From Clostridia bacterium (GTDB lineage Bacteria > Bacillota > Clostridia > TANB77 > CAG-465): a stretch of 64,000 nt of DNA. The notes under the pieces are model-generated. The model ran no database searches and was not told the DNA's origin. It saw nothing but the letters and a program-made list of their open reading frames with translations. The stretch is from the NCBI GenBank assembly GCA_045611765.1, contig JAZKXT010000012.1, positions 7,759 through 71,758 on the forward strand, in the 5' to 3' direction. This document shows positions 1 to 9,935 of this stretch, in pieces. The position numbers and the translations under genes are program-made. Within the stretch, counting starts at the first letter, position 1. The number at the start of each line of letters is the position of its first letter.

Positions 1-946
1 TGATCCGTATACAAGATACTTAAATCCAGAAGAGTTTGATGAGGCGGTTAACTCAGGAAACCAAGAATATTGTGGGGTTGGAATACACATATCTCTTACA
101 AGAGAAAGCGAGCGAGCTATAATAGTTGGAGTAATGCCAGAAACACCTGCTAAAAAAGCTGGAATAAAAGCGGGAGATATAATTAAAAAAGTAGATGATA
201 TGGTAGTTACTGTTGATAATTACTATGAAGCATCAAATGCCATAAAAGGTGAACAAGGCACAGTTGTTAGGTTAACACTTGAAAGGGAAGGTAAAGAAAT
301 TGTTTTTGATGTAACAAGAGAAAAGATAATAAGCAGTGACATTTCATCTTCTTTAATAAATAAAGATATAGGATATATAAAAATATTTAGCTTTGAATCT
401 GGTGTTTATGATAACTTTAAAGCGGAGTACAACAGGCTTATAGTTGAAGACAAAGTTAAAGGTATTATAATAGATTTAAGAGATAATCCGGGTGGCTTCG
501 TTGATGAAACTGTAAGAATAGCAGATTTCTTATGCGGCTCGGGAACTATAATAAAACAAGAATATGGAGATGGAACAACTAGACTTTATACATCTGATGA
601 GAAAAAGAGTAAGGTACCTCTTGTAGTATTAATAAACGAAAATAGTGCTAGTGCATCTGAAATTCTCGCTGGGTCTATAAAAGATTTGAAAGCAGGGAAA
701 CTAATTGGAACAACAACATTTGGAAAAGGCATAATGCAAAGTTATATTGAACTTGAAAATGGCGGCGGTGTTGCAATTACAGTTGCTAAATATTATACGG
801 CATCTGGAACAGAAATACATGGTCAAGGGATAAAGCCGGATATAGAAAAAACATTAGATAAGGGACAATCAATAGATTATTCTGCAAATCCGAAGACGGA
901 TGCTCAATTAGAACTGGCAATAAAAACTTTGAATGAAATGAAATAA
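1..946 (+). CDS. ctpA: C-terminal processing (tail-specific) protease, S41 family, with a PDZ domain; the 5' end lies outside the window
   Basis: Reads in frame from position 2 (DPYTRYLNPEEFDEAV...). It has a PDZ-like GIKAGDIIKKVDD motif and S41 motifs LRDNPGGFVDE and NENSASASEI. The ORF-track start at 134 is an internal Met. Confidence 0.8.
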   Translation, partial: DPYTRYLNPEEFDEAVNSGNQEYCGVGIHISLTRESERAIIVGVMPETPAKKAGIKAGDIIKKVDDMVVTVDNYYEASNAIKGEQGTVVRLTLEREGKEIVFDVTREKIISSDISSSLINKDIGYIKIFSFESGVYDNFKAEYNRLIVEDKVKGIIIDLRDNPGGFVDETVRIADFLCGSGTIIKQEYGDGTTRLYTSDEKKSKVPLVVLINENSASASEILAGSIKDLKAGKLIGTTTFGKGIMQSYIELENGGGVAITVAKYYTASGTEIHGQGIKPDIEKTLDKGQSIDYSANPKTDAQLELAIKTLNEMK

Positions 947-963
947 TTAATTAAATTGTAATA

Positions 964-998
964 AAATAGCAACCTGAAACGATGGGTTGCTATTTTAA
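964..998 (+). terminator. rho-independent terminator after ctpA
   Basis: AATAGCAACC-loop-GGTTGCTATT stem followed by TTTT. Confidence 0.6.
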
Positions 999-1065
999 AT
1001 GCGTATTGTTGACGTTGTATGTACATAATAATGAAATATTGTTTGTTTGCAAGCTTCGACCTACT

Positions 1066-1094
1066 TTGACAAAATGCGCGTTGTATGCTATAAT
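1066..1094 (+). promoter_or_regulatory. sigma-A promoter of veg
   Basis: TTGACA at 1066–1071, a 17-nt spacer, and TATAAT at 1089–1094. Confidence 0.65.
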
Positions 1095-1117
1095 TCAGCC
1101 ATTAAGAGGTGATGACA

Positions 1118-1408
1118 ATGGTTTCTAAAGAATCAATGCAAAAGATAAGACAGGATGTCGAAAATTACATTGGATTGGAAATAGACATCAAGTCTAACGT
1201 CGGTAGAAATAAAAAGGTAAACAAAAGAGGAACAATAGATAGTGCGTATTCAAATTTGTTTGTGGTAAGGGAAGCTGACAGTGCTAGAAAATTGTCATAC
1301 AGTTATGCAGATGTATTGATGAATTCGCTAGAAATTACAAAAGTTGATAATGGAGAACCTTTATTAAACTATGAGTTTGACACTAGCAAAAAATTTGTTC
1401 AACTGTAA
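1118..1408 (+). CDS. veg: Veg (biofilm/sporulation-associated small protein)
   Basis: The region ...RKLSYSYADVLMNSLEIT matches the conserved Veg core (VSYSYADIL). An AAGAGG ribosome-binding site sits 8 nt upstream of the ATG at 1118. The ORF-track start at 1109 is an alternative GTG. Confidence 0.75.
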   Translation: MVSKESMQKIRQDVENYIGLEIDIKSNVGRNKKVNKRGTIDSAYSNLFVVREADSARKLSYSYADVLMNSLEITKVDNGEPLLNYEFDTSKKFVQL

Positions 1409-1591
1409 ATAGAAATAACGTGTTCTTATGAATGCGCTATTTTTTTGTCGTTATTTGTAAATGGATAGTTTACTACATACAGTAGTAACTGAAAGGATCA
1501 AAAAAAAAACTTTAGTATATTCTTTGTATAATGAATTGTACAGTGATATAATCACATTGTGAAAAAATATTAAAAATTTTAAAAAATATTG

Positions 1592-1620
1592 TTGACAAAC
1601 AAATGTACGTGATGTATAAT
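1592..1620 (+). promoter_or_regulatory. sigma-A promoter of recA
   Basis: TTGACA at 1592–1597, a 17-nt spacer, and TATAAT at 1615–1620. An A/T-rich UP-like tract lies upstream at 1561–1590. Confidence 0.65.
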
Positions 1621-1660
1621 GAACTCAAACAAACGTTCTGGATATTAGGAGGTAATATAT

Positions 1661-2719
1661 ATGATGTCAGAAGAAAGAAAAAAAGCTTTGGATATAGCTT
1701 TATCTCAAATTGAGAAAAATTTTGGAAAAGGTTCAGTAATGAAATTAGGCGAAGTAGGAAATGTTAATGTTGATGCAATACCTACAGGCGCTTTAAGTTT
1801 AGATATAGCATTAGGAATTGGTGGAGTACCACGTGGAAGAGTAATAGAAGTGTATGGCCCCGAATCTTCAGGTAAAACTACAGTAGCGCTTCATATGATA
1901 GCAGAAGCACAAAAAATGGGCGGAATAGCTGCGTTTATAGACGCAGAACATGCACTTGACCCAGTATATGCAAAACATTTAGGGGTAGATGTAGATAACT
2001 TAATTGTATCTCAACCGGATACAGGAGAGCAAGCTTTAGAAATTACAGAGCAGTTAGTAAGAAGTGGAGCAATAGATATTATAGTAATAGACTCTGTTGC
2101 TGCTCTAGTTCCTAAGGCAGAAATAGACGGTGAAATGGGTGATTCACACGTTGGTCTTCAAGCTAGACTTATGTCGCAAGCGTTAAGAAAACTTACAGGC
2201 GTTTTATCTAAATCTAAAACAGTTGCAGTATTCATTAACCAATTACGTGAAAAAGTTGGAATAATGTTTGGCAACCCTGAAACAACACCAGGTGGTAGAG
2301 CTCTTAAATTCTATGCCTCTGTAAGATTAGAAGTTAGAAAACAAGAGGCTATAAAAATAAATGGTGAAGTTATGGGTTCTAGAACAAAAGTTAAAGTTGT
2401 TAAGAACAAAGTTGCACCACCATTTAGAGAGGCTGAATTTGATATAGTATATGGTAAAGGTATATCTACATCTGGATGTATTCTAGACTTAGCTGCAAAC
2501 TTAGATATAGTTGGTAAGAGTGGCGCTTGGTATTCATACAAAGGTGAAAAGATAGGCCAAGGTCGTGAAGCAGCAAAAGCATATTTGGAAGCAAATGTTG
2601 ATGTTATGAGAGAAGTTGAAGAAAAAGTAAGAGACAACTTTAATTTAGCTTTTGAAAAAAGCCTTGGAGATATGGAAGAAATAGATGATGACGATACTAT
2701 AGATTTAGTTGAAGAATAG
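1661..2719 (+). CDS. recA: recombinase RecA
   Basis: Walker A motif GPESSGKTT; conserved [10 protein letters not shown] and [31 protein letters not shown] ribosome-binding site at 1646–1651. Confidence 0.97.
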   Translation: MMSEERKKALDIALSQIEKNFGKGSVMKLGEVGNVNVDAIPTGALSLDIALGIGGVPRGRVIEVYGPESSGKTTVALHMIAEAQKMGGIAAFIDAEHALDPVYAKHLGVDVDNLIVSQPDTGEQALEITEQLVRSGAIDIIVIDSVAALVPKAEIDGEMGDSHVGLQARLMSQALRKLTGVLSKSKTVAVFINQLREKVGIMFGNPETTPGGRALKFYASVRLEVRKQEAIKINGEVMGSRTKVKVVKNKVAPPFREAEFDIVYGKGISTSGCILDLAANLDIVGKSGAWYSYKGEKIGQGREAAKAYLEANVDVMREVEEKVRDNFNLAFEKSLGDMEEIDDDDTIDLVEE

Positions 2720-3143
2720 GAGAATTGTTTTGAATAACAGTGAACAAAATATACAGGCACGTGATAAGGCTATAAGGTACATAGGTATTTCTAAGAAAAC
2801 TGAATATGAGGTAAGACAAAAACTGAAGGGGTTAAAAATAGCTTCTTCAGTTATTGACGAGGAAATAGAATATTTAAAGCAGCTTGGATATATTGATGAC
2901 AGAGACTATGTTAAATCATATATTAAACAATGCTATAAAATGCAAAATTACTCAATATACGAAATAACAAACAAGCTATTGCAAAAAGGTATAAAAGCTA
3001 GTATAATTGACGAAGAAATAGATAGTTTAAAAGAATCGGATTATGAGCAAAGAGTCATAGATAAATTAATAAACGGTAAATTAAAATCTTATGATGAAAT
3101 GAAGCAAAAGAGCTATCTGTATAGAAGAGGATTTAGAGTTTAA
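2709..3143 (+). CDS. recX: RecX regulatory protein
   Basis: Sits immediately downstream of recA. Contains repeated helical RecX modules ([37 protein letters not shown] and [19 protein letters not shown]). TTG start codon. Confidence 0.7.
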   Translation: MKNRRIVLNNSEQNIQARDKAIRYIGISKKTEYEVRQKLKGLKIASSVIDEEIEYLKQLGYIDDRDYVKSYIKQCYKMQNYSIYEITNKLLQKGIKASIIDEEIDSLKESDYEQRVIDKLINGKLKSYDEMKQKSYLYRRGFRV

Positions 3144-3940
3144 TGGAAGATGTAGAGTACTTGGGAGAAAATAATCAAAAGTATAATGTGGCCATTTCAA
3201 ATTTTGAAGGACCGCTAGATTTGTTGTGCTTTTTAATAAGTAAAAACAAAATGGATATTTTTGAAATTTCTTTAAGCGAGCTTACAGATAAATACATTGA
3301 ATACATAAATGAAATGCAAGAACTAGATATGGAAATAGCGACTGAATTTATGGTTATGGCTACAACTTTACTTTATATAAAATCTAAGAAGCTACTTCCA
3401 ATAGCTGAACCAGAAGATGAAGCTGAATGTGAAATTACGGAAGAAGAGCTTATAGAAAAAATTGCTAAATACAAAATGTACAAAGAAAAGCAACAAGAAT
3501 TAAGAGATATGTATAATGCAAATTTCGGTGCCTTTGAAAAGTTGCCAGAGAATATAAAAATAAAACGAGAACTAGATATTAGTAGTCTGACTACTAAAGA
3601 AAATTTACTTGCAATGTATAATACAGTTCTAAAACGTAAATTCGATAAAATAAATGTTAAATCTGAAGAAATTAAAAAAATAGCACTTTATGAAAAGGTC
3701 ACAATTAAAAGTAAAGTTAAACAAATTATAGAAGTGTTTAAGAAAAAATCTAGTTTTGTATTTGGTAACATTTTTAATAAAAAGAATGCAACAAATATAG
3801 ATATAGTTACAGCTTTCTTAAGCGTGCTTGAACTATCAAGATTAAAACATGTGAATATCAAGCAAGATAAACTGTATGGAGATATACTTGTTAATAAAAT
3901 TTCAAAAACGGATATAGATATTTCTTTAATAAAGGAATAA
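3143..3940 (+). CDS. scpA: segregation and condensation protein A (kleisin)
   Basis: N-terminal NFEGPLDLLCFLISKNKMDIFEISLSELTDKYIEYI matches the ScpA signature (FEGPLDLLLHLI...I...QYL). The length fits ScpA. Confidence 0.8.
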   Translation: MEDVEYLGENNQKYNVAISNFEGPLDLLCFLISKNKMDIFEISLSELTDKYIEYINEMQELDMEIATEFMVMATTLLYIKSKKLLPIAEPEDEAECEITEEELIEKIAKYKMYKEKQQELRDMYNANFGAFEKLPENIKIKRELDISSLTTKENLLAMYNTVLKRKFDKINVKSEEIKKIALYEKVTIKSKVKQIIEVFKKKSSFVFGNIFNKKNATNIDIVTAFLSVLELSRLKHVNIKQDKLYGDILVNKISKTDIDISLIKE

Positions 3941-3977
3941 GTGGAAAATTTAAGAAAATAATATAGTTGGTGATAGT

Positions 3978-4589
3978 ATGTTGTTAAAACTTTCATTAGC
4001 TATATTTTTTGTACTTTTTTTAATACTTTTTGTACCATCAAGTTTGAATATATCTTTATATATAACTTGCGATAGATACTTTTTAGATATAAAAAAAACA
4101 AAAGGTATGGAGAATAAAATAATATTTAAGGTGTGTGGATTAATTCCAGTATATTTTAAGAAGCTTTTTGAAAAGAAAAAAGTAACTAAAAAGCAAAAGG
4201 AAAACAAGGTTAAAAAAGTTTTTAATAATAAAGATACAATATTTCAGTTTTTAAAGAAATGTTATATAGATAAATTTGTGTTGTCGTTAGGATTTAACCT
4301 AGATGATTACATTGCAAACTCTTATGTTAATGCTACTCTTAATACAATAATTTGCATGTATATTAATTTAAATCAGAAAAAATTTAATTTGAAAAAATTG
4401 TACTACCAAACGTATATTGGAGAAAATTTAGTTAATTTAAATTTTCAAGGTATAATTAAAATAAGTGTTGCAGATACTATAAAAGTAATAGGAAAAGAAT
4501 ATTTTAAACTTTTAAAGGAAGATAAAGAAAGGAATAAAATATTACAATTTAATAAAAGGAGTGAACAATATGGCAGAGCATCCGATTGA
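3978..4589 (+). CDS. hypothetical membrane protein, YtfI/DUF2953-like (assigned by synteny with ytfJ)
   Basis: N-terminal transmembrane segment and Lys-rich low-complexity sequence. It lies directly upstream of and overlaps ytfJ, as in the ytfI-ytfJ operon. Confidence 0.4.
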   Translation: MLLKLSLAIFFVLFLILFVPSSLNISLYITCDRYFLDIKKTKGMENKIIFKVCGLIPVYFKKLFEKKKVTKKQKENKVKKVFNNKDTIFQFLKKCYIDKFVLSLGFNLDDYIANSYVNATLNTIICMYINLNQKKFNLKKLYYQTYIGENLVNLNFQGIIKISVADTIKVIGKEYFKLLKEDKERNKILQFNKRSEQYGRASD

Positions 4590-4995
4590 AAATTTAATGG
4601 TAACAGCAATGACGTCTTTAAGGGATATGATAGACGTAAACACAATAGTGGGAGATACAGTGGAAACTCCCGATGGAACGACAATAATTCCAGTATCTAA
4701 AGTAAGTTTTGGTTATGCGGCAGGTGGAAGTGAATTTAATACAAACAACAAATATTCACAAGCACCTAAACTACCTTTTGGTGGTGGAAGTGGAGCAGGA
4801 GTAAAAATATCTCCAGTTGCATTTTTAGTTGTAAAGGATGGAACAATTAAACTTCTGACGGTAGAAGCGAACAAACCTATAGACAAACTTGTAGATGCGC
4901 TTCCCGACCTTGTAAACAAAGTTGTGGACACTGTGGATAAGAGCCTGCTTAAATCTAGTCAAAGGCTAAAAATACAAAATAGTGAACAAAATTAA
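4570..4995 (+). CDS. ytfJ: sporulation protein YtfJ/GerW family
   Basis: Contains DGTTIIPVSKVSFGYAAGGSEF and the Gly-rich GGGSGAGVKISPVAFLVV typical of YtfJ. ATG at 4570. Confidence 0.75.
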   Translation: MAEHPIENLMVTAMTSLRDMIDVNTIVGDTVETPDGTTIIPVSKVSFGYAAGGSEFNTNNKYSQAPKLPFGGGSGAGVKISPVAFLVVKDGTIKLLTVEANKPIDKLVDALPDLVNKVVDTVDKSLLKSSQRLKIQNSEQN

Positions 4996-5115
4996 ATAAA
5001 AAGCCACAAAGCATCAATAACTAATTAGTAGTTATTGGTGCTTTCAAAATTATAATAACATATTAAAGAGTCCATACTTTATATTAATAAAAATCTAAAA
5101 AATATTTATGTAATG

Positions 5116-5144
5116 TTGACGTTTTTCTTTTTTTAATGTATACT
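5116..5144 (+). promoter_or_regulatory. sigma-A promoter of the surface protein gene
   Basis: TTGACG at 5116–5121, a 17-nt spacer, and TATACT at 5139–5144. Confidence 0.5.
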
Positions 5145-5170
5145 AGACCCATACAAGGGGGATAAAAAAT

Positions 5171-6934
5171 ATGAGTGATAAAAAAGGGTTAATAGTATTT
5201 ATAATTGCGCTTGTTGTCATCGTTGCGGGTACAATTATATTTTTAACTATGGATAAAACTGAACAAGAGGTGACATATACAGTTTCTTTTGCTAATAGCG
5301 ATGGAACAGTTATAGCAACACAAAAAATTGCTGATAACACAAAATTGTCAATGCCAAATTCACCAACTAAAGAAGGCTATGTTTTTATCGGTTGGACATA
5401 TAATGGTAAAGATTTTGATTTTAATTCGAACATTACATCTAATCTAATATTAGAAGCAAAATGGGAAAAGGTTGCTGAAAATAATAGTGAAGATAATAGC
5501 GAGAATAATGCTGAAGATAAAACAAATGTAGAAACAAAAAAGTATACAGTAACTTTTGATAGTAACGGTGGAACAACAGTAGAAAAACAATCAATAGAAA
5601 AAGGAGCTAAGGCGGTAAAGCCAACAAATCCAACTAGAAAAGGCTATACTTTCAAAGGTTGGTTGTTAAACAACGTTGAATTTAATTTTAATACAGCAAT
5701 AACTGAAGATATAGAATTAAAGGCTAAATGGAAAGAAGAAAAAATAACAGTAAAAACCCCAACAATAACAGAAGGTGGACGTGGCGGTGATGCTGATGGA
5801 AGCATAGGACTTTTATTGAAATTAAATTCAATAGAAGGAATAACAGGTATAGAAGTATATAGTGCCACAGCAAAAGATGGAAAATATACATTACAAAAAA
5901 CAGTAAAAAAAGAAAATTGGAATAATGAAACGGCTACAGTGCATGCAATGAAAGGACAACATTTATATTTCAAAGTAAGAACATATGTAAAAAACACAGC
6001 GGGAACATTCTATAGTAGCTATTCAAATGTTATTGGATTAGACAATACGTTAAAGACACCAACGTTATCTGCGGGTGGTGGAACAAAAGGTGTAGCGCTA
6101 TTAAGCATAAAACTAAAAGGTGTATATGCAGACGAAGGTATGTTAAATTTCATAGATGGTTATGAATTATATGAGAAGGTTGGCAACAAATATACAAAAT
6201 TAGACAGCTGGGAAGTAAGGGCGGATGTTGGCGAGACAAGAATCTTTGTAGCAAGAGTATATGCGTTAAATAAAGCTAATGAAAAGGTATATAGTGAATA
6301 TTCAAATGAAGTTAAATTAGAAAATAAGGTGCAAACACCAAAATTAGTAAATGCAATGGGTGGACCATATGGTGGTGATCTTAATATAATAGCAGATGGC
6401 TATTATGCAGATGTAGAGAATTTAGAGCTTATAGACGGAATAGAAATATACGAAAAAGTAGGTGACAAATATACAACTATTCATACAAGTGAATCAAAAT
6501 ATGTATTTGTAATGACATTAGATGCTGGCGAAAGCAAAACATATGTAGCAAGAGTATATGCATATAATAAAGCCGGAAAAAAAGTATATAGTGAATATTC
6601 AAATGAAGTTAAATTGAGAAATATGGTAGTAGCGCCCCAATTAGTAAATGCAATGGGTGGACCGACAGGAGGAACACTTAGTATAGTTTCAGAAGGCTTT
6701 TATGCAGATACAGATTATTTAGAATTTATAGACGGTGTAGAAATATATGAGAAAACTGGAAGCGAGTATACATTAGTTCATTCAGCACAAGATTACAAGG
6801 GATATAAAGTAACTTTGGACGTAGGCGAAAGCAAAACATATGTAGCAAGAGTGTATGCGCTAAATAAAGCTGGGAAAAAAGTATATAGTGAATATTCGAA
6901 TGCTGTAGTTTTATCTAACACTCAAGAACAATAG
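5171..6934 (+). CDS. cell-surface protein with an N-terminal membrane anchor, two Listeria–Bacteroides (Flg_new-type) repeats and three ~97-aa tandem repeats
   Basis: N-terminal transmembrane helix (LIVFIIALVVIVAGTIIFL). Two YTV[ST]F..[SN].G[GT].....[IV]......P..P...GY.F.GW repeat units. Three tandem repeat units each ending in ...ARVYA[LY]NKAGKKVYSEYSNEVKL. Confidence 0.7.
   Translation: MSDKKGLIVFIIALVVIVAGTIIFLTMDKTEQEVTYTVSFANSDGTVIATQKIADNTKLSMPNSPTKEGYVFIGWTYNGKDFDFNSNITSNLILEAKWEKVAENNSEDNSENNAEDKTNVETKKYTVTFDSNGGTTVEKQSIEKGAKAVKPTNPTRKGYTFKGWLLNNVEFNFNTAITEDIELKAKWKEEKITVKTPTITEGGRGGDADGSIGLLLKLNSIEGITGIEVYSATAKDGKYTLQKTVKKENWNNETATVHAMKGQHLYFKVRTYVKNTAGTFYSSYSNVIGLDNTLKTPTLSAGGGTKGVALLSIKLKGVYADEGMLNFIDGYELYEKVGNKYTKLDSWEVRADVGETRIFVARVYALNKANEKVYSEYSNEVKLENKVQTPKLVNAMGGPYGGDLNIIADGYYADVENLELIDGIEIYEKVGDKYTTIHTSESKYVFVMTLDAGESKTYVARVYAYNKAGKKVYSEYSNEVKLRNMVVAPQLVNAMGGPTGGTLSIVSEGFYADTDYLEFIDGVEIYEKTGSEYTLVHSAQDYKGYKVTLDVGESKTYVARVYALNKAGKKVYSEYSNAVVLSNTQEQ
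6040..6925 (+). repeat. three tandem ~290-nt in-frame coding repeats (about 75–85% identical at the nucleotide level)
   Basis: Three copies of gcaagagt(a/g)tatgc...aaagtatatagtgaatattc(a/g)aatg, each about 294 nt. Confidence 0.7.
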
Positions 6935-6959
6935 ATTAGCAAAAATTAAAATTAAAAAA

Positions 6960-6993
6960 AGAGTAATAACATTTTGTTATTGCTCTTTTTGCA
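6960..6993 (+). terminator. rho-independent terminator
   Basis: AGAGTAATAACA-TTTT-TGTTATTGCTCT stem followed by TTTTT. Confidence 0.65.
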
Positions 6994-7035
6994 TATATTT
7001 TACTCTTTTACAAATAATAATGCTAGGAGTGTATT

Positions 7036-8496
7036 ATGAAATTTATAAAAAAGAAAATAGTGAACAAGTTAGTTGTAAAAGATAAAGTGTCATTAATATC
7101 TAAAATTACAGACAGATTTAAAGACTGTGCGGATTTTGAATGTAATAAAATTGTGTCTCCTGTTACAGCTGTTGAAATATATAAGTTGAGCATGGGGCAA
7201 TTTGTAGACAAGCTAATAGTAGATGAAACAATTTTACAGCCCATAGCTAAACGCTTAGATACAATTAAGAATACTACAGATTTATTAAGCATTATTAGGA
7301 GTGGTGAAATATATCACATAGATGCAAAGGTAGAAACGGATGTAGATAAAATTGTATCCGCTATACTTCAAGCAAACTTTGTACTTGTGTGTGAGAATCA
7401 AGCATATTTGTTTAATGTAATAGGATATAACAAAAGGAGTATAGACAAACCAGAAAACGAGTCCTCAGAGAAAGGAGCTAAAGAGAGCTTTATAGAAACA
7501 GCTGTTATAAATATTTCTCTTGTCAGAAGACGTTTGCAAACTGAGAAATTAAAAGTTGTAGATTTTGAAGTTGGTACAGAAACAAAAACAAAAGTAAGTA
7601 TAATGTATGTTGAAGGGATTGCAGCGGATGAAGTAGTTAATTTAGTAAAGGAAAGAATAAAAAATATAAATGTACCAAGTCTTGTTTCTGTAGGGGATTT
7701 TGAAGAACATATTATAGACAGAAAGTACAGTATATTTCCCCAAACTATTGCTACAGAAAGACCAGATAAAGTAGCGGCAAATGTTATTGAAGGAAAAGTT
7801 GCAATATTTGTTGATGGCTTTCCAAGTGCATATATTGCACCAGCAGTATTTCCTATGTTCATGCAAGCATCAGAAGCGTATAACATTAATTACTTTGTAA
7901 GCTCGTTTATTAGAATGTTAAGATACGTTTGTGTATTTATAGCTACGTTATTCCCAGCGCTATATATAGCGATTACAACCTTTCATCACGAGATGTTACC
8001 CACAACACTTGCAGAAAGTATCATACAGAGCAAACAAAATGTTCCTCTTCCGGCTTTTTTAGAAATTATAATAATGTTACTTGCTTTTGAAGTGCTACTT
8101 GAGGCTGGTGTTAGAATGCCTAAAACTGCAGGACAGACGGTATCTATTATTGGAGCGTTAATTGTAGGTGAAGCAGCTGTAAACGCAAAGTTTGTTTCGC
8201 CTATAGTTGTAGTTATAGTAGCTATATCGGCTATATGTGGTTTCGTAATCCCAAATAGGGATTTGGCAAATGGCTTTAGAATGGTAAGATTTGGACTTGT
8301 CCTTGTAGCTTCAGCGGCAGGTTTCTTCGGCATGTCTGTTGCAATAATTGCGCTATTCTATTATTTAGTTTCGTTAGAAAGTTTTGGTGTCCCATATCTT
8401 AAACCCTTTACTTCAAATGATGGCAAAAATGTATTGGCAGATACTTTGTTTAGAGAACCAATAAATAAATCTAAAGGGAAAATGGCAAGGTGGTAG
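7036..8496 (+). CDS. spore germination protein, GerA/GerKA family (A subunit)
   Basis: Conserved GerXA core (GKVAIFVDGFPSAYIAPAVFPMFMQASEAYNINY) and C-terminal transmembrane helices. Confidence 0.85.
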   Translation: MKFIKKKIVNKLVVKDKVSLISKITDRFKDCADFECNKIVSPVTAVEIYKLSMGQFVDKLIVDETILQPIAKRLDTIKNTTDLLSIIRSGEIYHIDAKVETDVDKIVSAILQANFVLVCENQAYLFNVIGYNKRSIDKPENESSEKGAKESFIETAVINISLVRRRLQTEKLKVVDFEVGTETKTKVSIMYVEGIAADEVVNLVKERIKNINVPSLVSVGDFEEHIIDRKYSIFPQTIATERPDKVAANVIEGKVAIFVDGFPSAYIAPAVFPMFMQASEAYNINYFVSSFIRMLRYVCVFIATLFPALYIAITTFHHEMLPTTLAESIIQSKQNVPLPAFLEIIIMLLAFEVLLEAGVRMPKTAGQTVSIIGALIVGEAAVNAKFVSPIVVVIVAISAICGFVIPNRDLANGFRMVRFGLVLVASAAGFFGMSVAIIALFYYLVSLESFGVPYLKPFTSNDGKNVLADTLFREPINKSKGKMARW

Positions 8497-8498
8497 TT

Positions 8499-9734
8499 AT
8501 GAGAAGAAAGATTATATTAGGAATAGCAATTATTGGACTTTTAATTGTAACTCTATTTAACAGTGATCTTATGCCTTTAAGACGTGAAATTTCAGATATG
8601 GAAATAATAATTATAGCAGGACTAGACAAAGTTGGCGATGAATATATGGTAACATTCATAAAAAGAAAACAAAGCGGTAATAATTCGGAAGGTGATGGTC
8701 AAGATGCTGGAGGAAGTCAAGTAATTAGTATGACGGCAGACAGTTATAGTGTAGCTTTAAGGCAACTTCAAACCACTACAGATAAATTTACAACTGCCAG
8801 TCATATAAAATACTACATAGTAGGGGAGCAAACTTTACGTGAAGATTTTGACCACGTTACAGATGCAATAGCAAGGGGTTACCAAACAAGACTTAATTCT
8901 AAGATATATTTAGCTAAAGGAATGACGGCGAAAGAGTTTTTAGAAAAAGCCTCTAAACTAGAATTTCAGGTTGAAGAAAAATTAAGAAATATGGAAAATA
9001 GTTTTTGGGAAAAGGGAAGCAGTGTAGATACAGATATATTAGATTTTGGACACATTAGTTTTTCAGAAACGGGAGAAGGGTTGGTGGATGCACTTGCCTT
9101 TTATAGCACTGCACATGAAGAACAAAAGGATAATATGGAATCGTCGGTGGGAGGAAAAGAAGAAAAAACAAATGAAGCTATTTCATTCGGCTATGGTGGA
9201 ACCGCTATTATATCTGATTGTAAAATAGTAGGTTTTTTAGATAAAGACCAAACAATAATAGCAAATTATTTTTTAGGGGAAAATAATGTAAATGTAATTA
9301 CTGCTAGAGATAAGGAAAATTTTGTGGTGTTTAGAATAGAAAACTTAAATACAAAGATATCTTTTGATTTTAACGAAAAGGACGTTATGTCGGCAATAAA
9401 TATTGATGTGGAATTTAAAGCAAACTATGAAGAAACAAATGCTACAATTCCGATATTTACAATGGATATGATTTCATATTTTGAAAGAGAATTAAATAAT
9501 ACAGTAGAACAACAAATTGAAGGTGTTATAGCTAAAGAAATGGCAATGGGAGTAGATTTTTTATACTTAAGAGAAGAGTTGGAGCAAAAACATCCGTATA
9601 AGTATGAGAAAAACAAATATGAGTTTATTAATAACCTAAGAAATGCAAAAATTAATGTAAATAGCAAAGGAACTATACAAACTACATATGATGTTGTTGA
9701 AAGTAACAAAGACCAGAAAGGAGCAATAGAATGA
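8499..9734 (+). CDS. spore germination protein, Ger(x)C family (C subunit)
   Basis: Overlaps the 3' end of the A subunit. Has a signal/anchor sequence (MRRKIILGIAIIGLLIVTLF) and GerXC-like length and composition. There is no lipobox Cys in the N-terminal 30 aa. Confidence 0.7.
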   Translation: MRRKIILGIAIIGLLIVTLFNSDLMPLRREISDMEIIIIAGLDKVGDEYMVTFIKRKQSGNNSEGDGQDAGGSQVISMTADSYSVALRQLQTTTDKFTTASHIKYYIVGEQTLREDFDHVTDAIARGYQTRLNSKIYLAKGMTAKEFLEKASKLEFQVEEKLRNMENSFWEKGSSVDTDILDFGHISFSETGEGLVDALAFYSTAHEEQKDNMESSVGGKEEKTNEAISFGYGGTAIISDCKIVGFLDKDQTIIANYFLGENNVNVITARDKENFVVFRIENLNTKISFDFNEKDVMSAINIDVEFKANYEETNATIPIFTMDMISYFERELNNTVEQQIEGVIAKEMAMGVDFLYLREELEQKHPYKYEKNKYEFINNLRNAKINVNSKGTIQTTYDVVESNKDQKGAIE

Positions 9735-9934
9735 TATATTATTTAATGTTTTTTGTAGCAGGAATACTAATAGATATTAAGGATTTAAAAAACAGTAATA
9801 AAAAATCAGATATTGTTTTCTATATAATTGCGATGCTTATAGCACTTGGCCTTGCAATTTTACATTATATAAATCCAAATAGGACAGGGTTGGCAGAATA
9901 TATAATAAATATGTTTGGACTAGGGGGTGTCTAA
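9731..9934 (+). CDS. small membrane protein with two transmembrane helices, a candidate germinant-receptor D-type subunit
   Basis: Sixty-seven aa with two hydrophobic helices. Sits between the C and B subunit genes and overlaps both. Confidence 0.45.
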   Translation: MIYYLMFFVAGILIDIKDLKNSNKKSDIVFYIIAMLIALGLAILHYINPNRTGLAEYIINMFGLGGV

Positions 9935-9935
9935 T

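Noticed and set aside
2311-2760. A 149-aa minus-strand ORF antisense to recA, and similar antisense ORFs inside secA (22167–22988), addB (52265–54694), dnaE (57808–60309) and leuS (62540–63784)
   Set aside because: All are low-complexity Ser, Phe or Leu-rich translations of the antisense strand of well-supported genes. They have no ribosome-binding sites and are typical AT-rich-genome artefacts.
6993-7035. A forespore σG- or σF-type promoter upstream of gerKA
   Set aside because: A gcatat…catxxta-like spacing can be imagined, but the match to the GHATR-N17/18-CATXHTA consensus is too poor to call.
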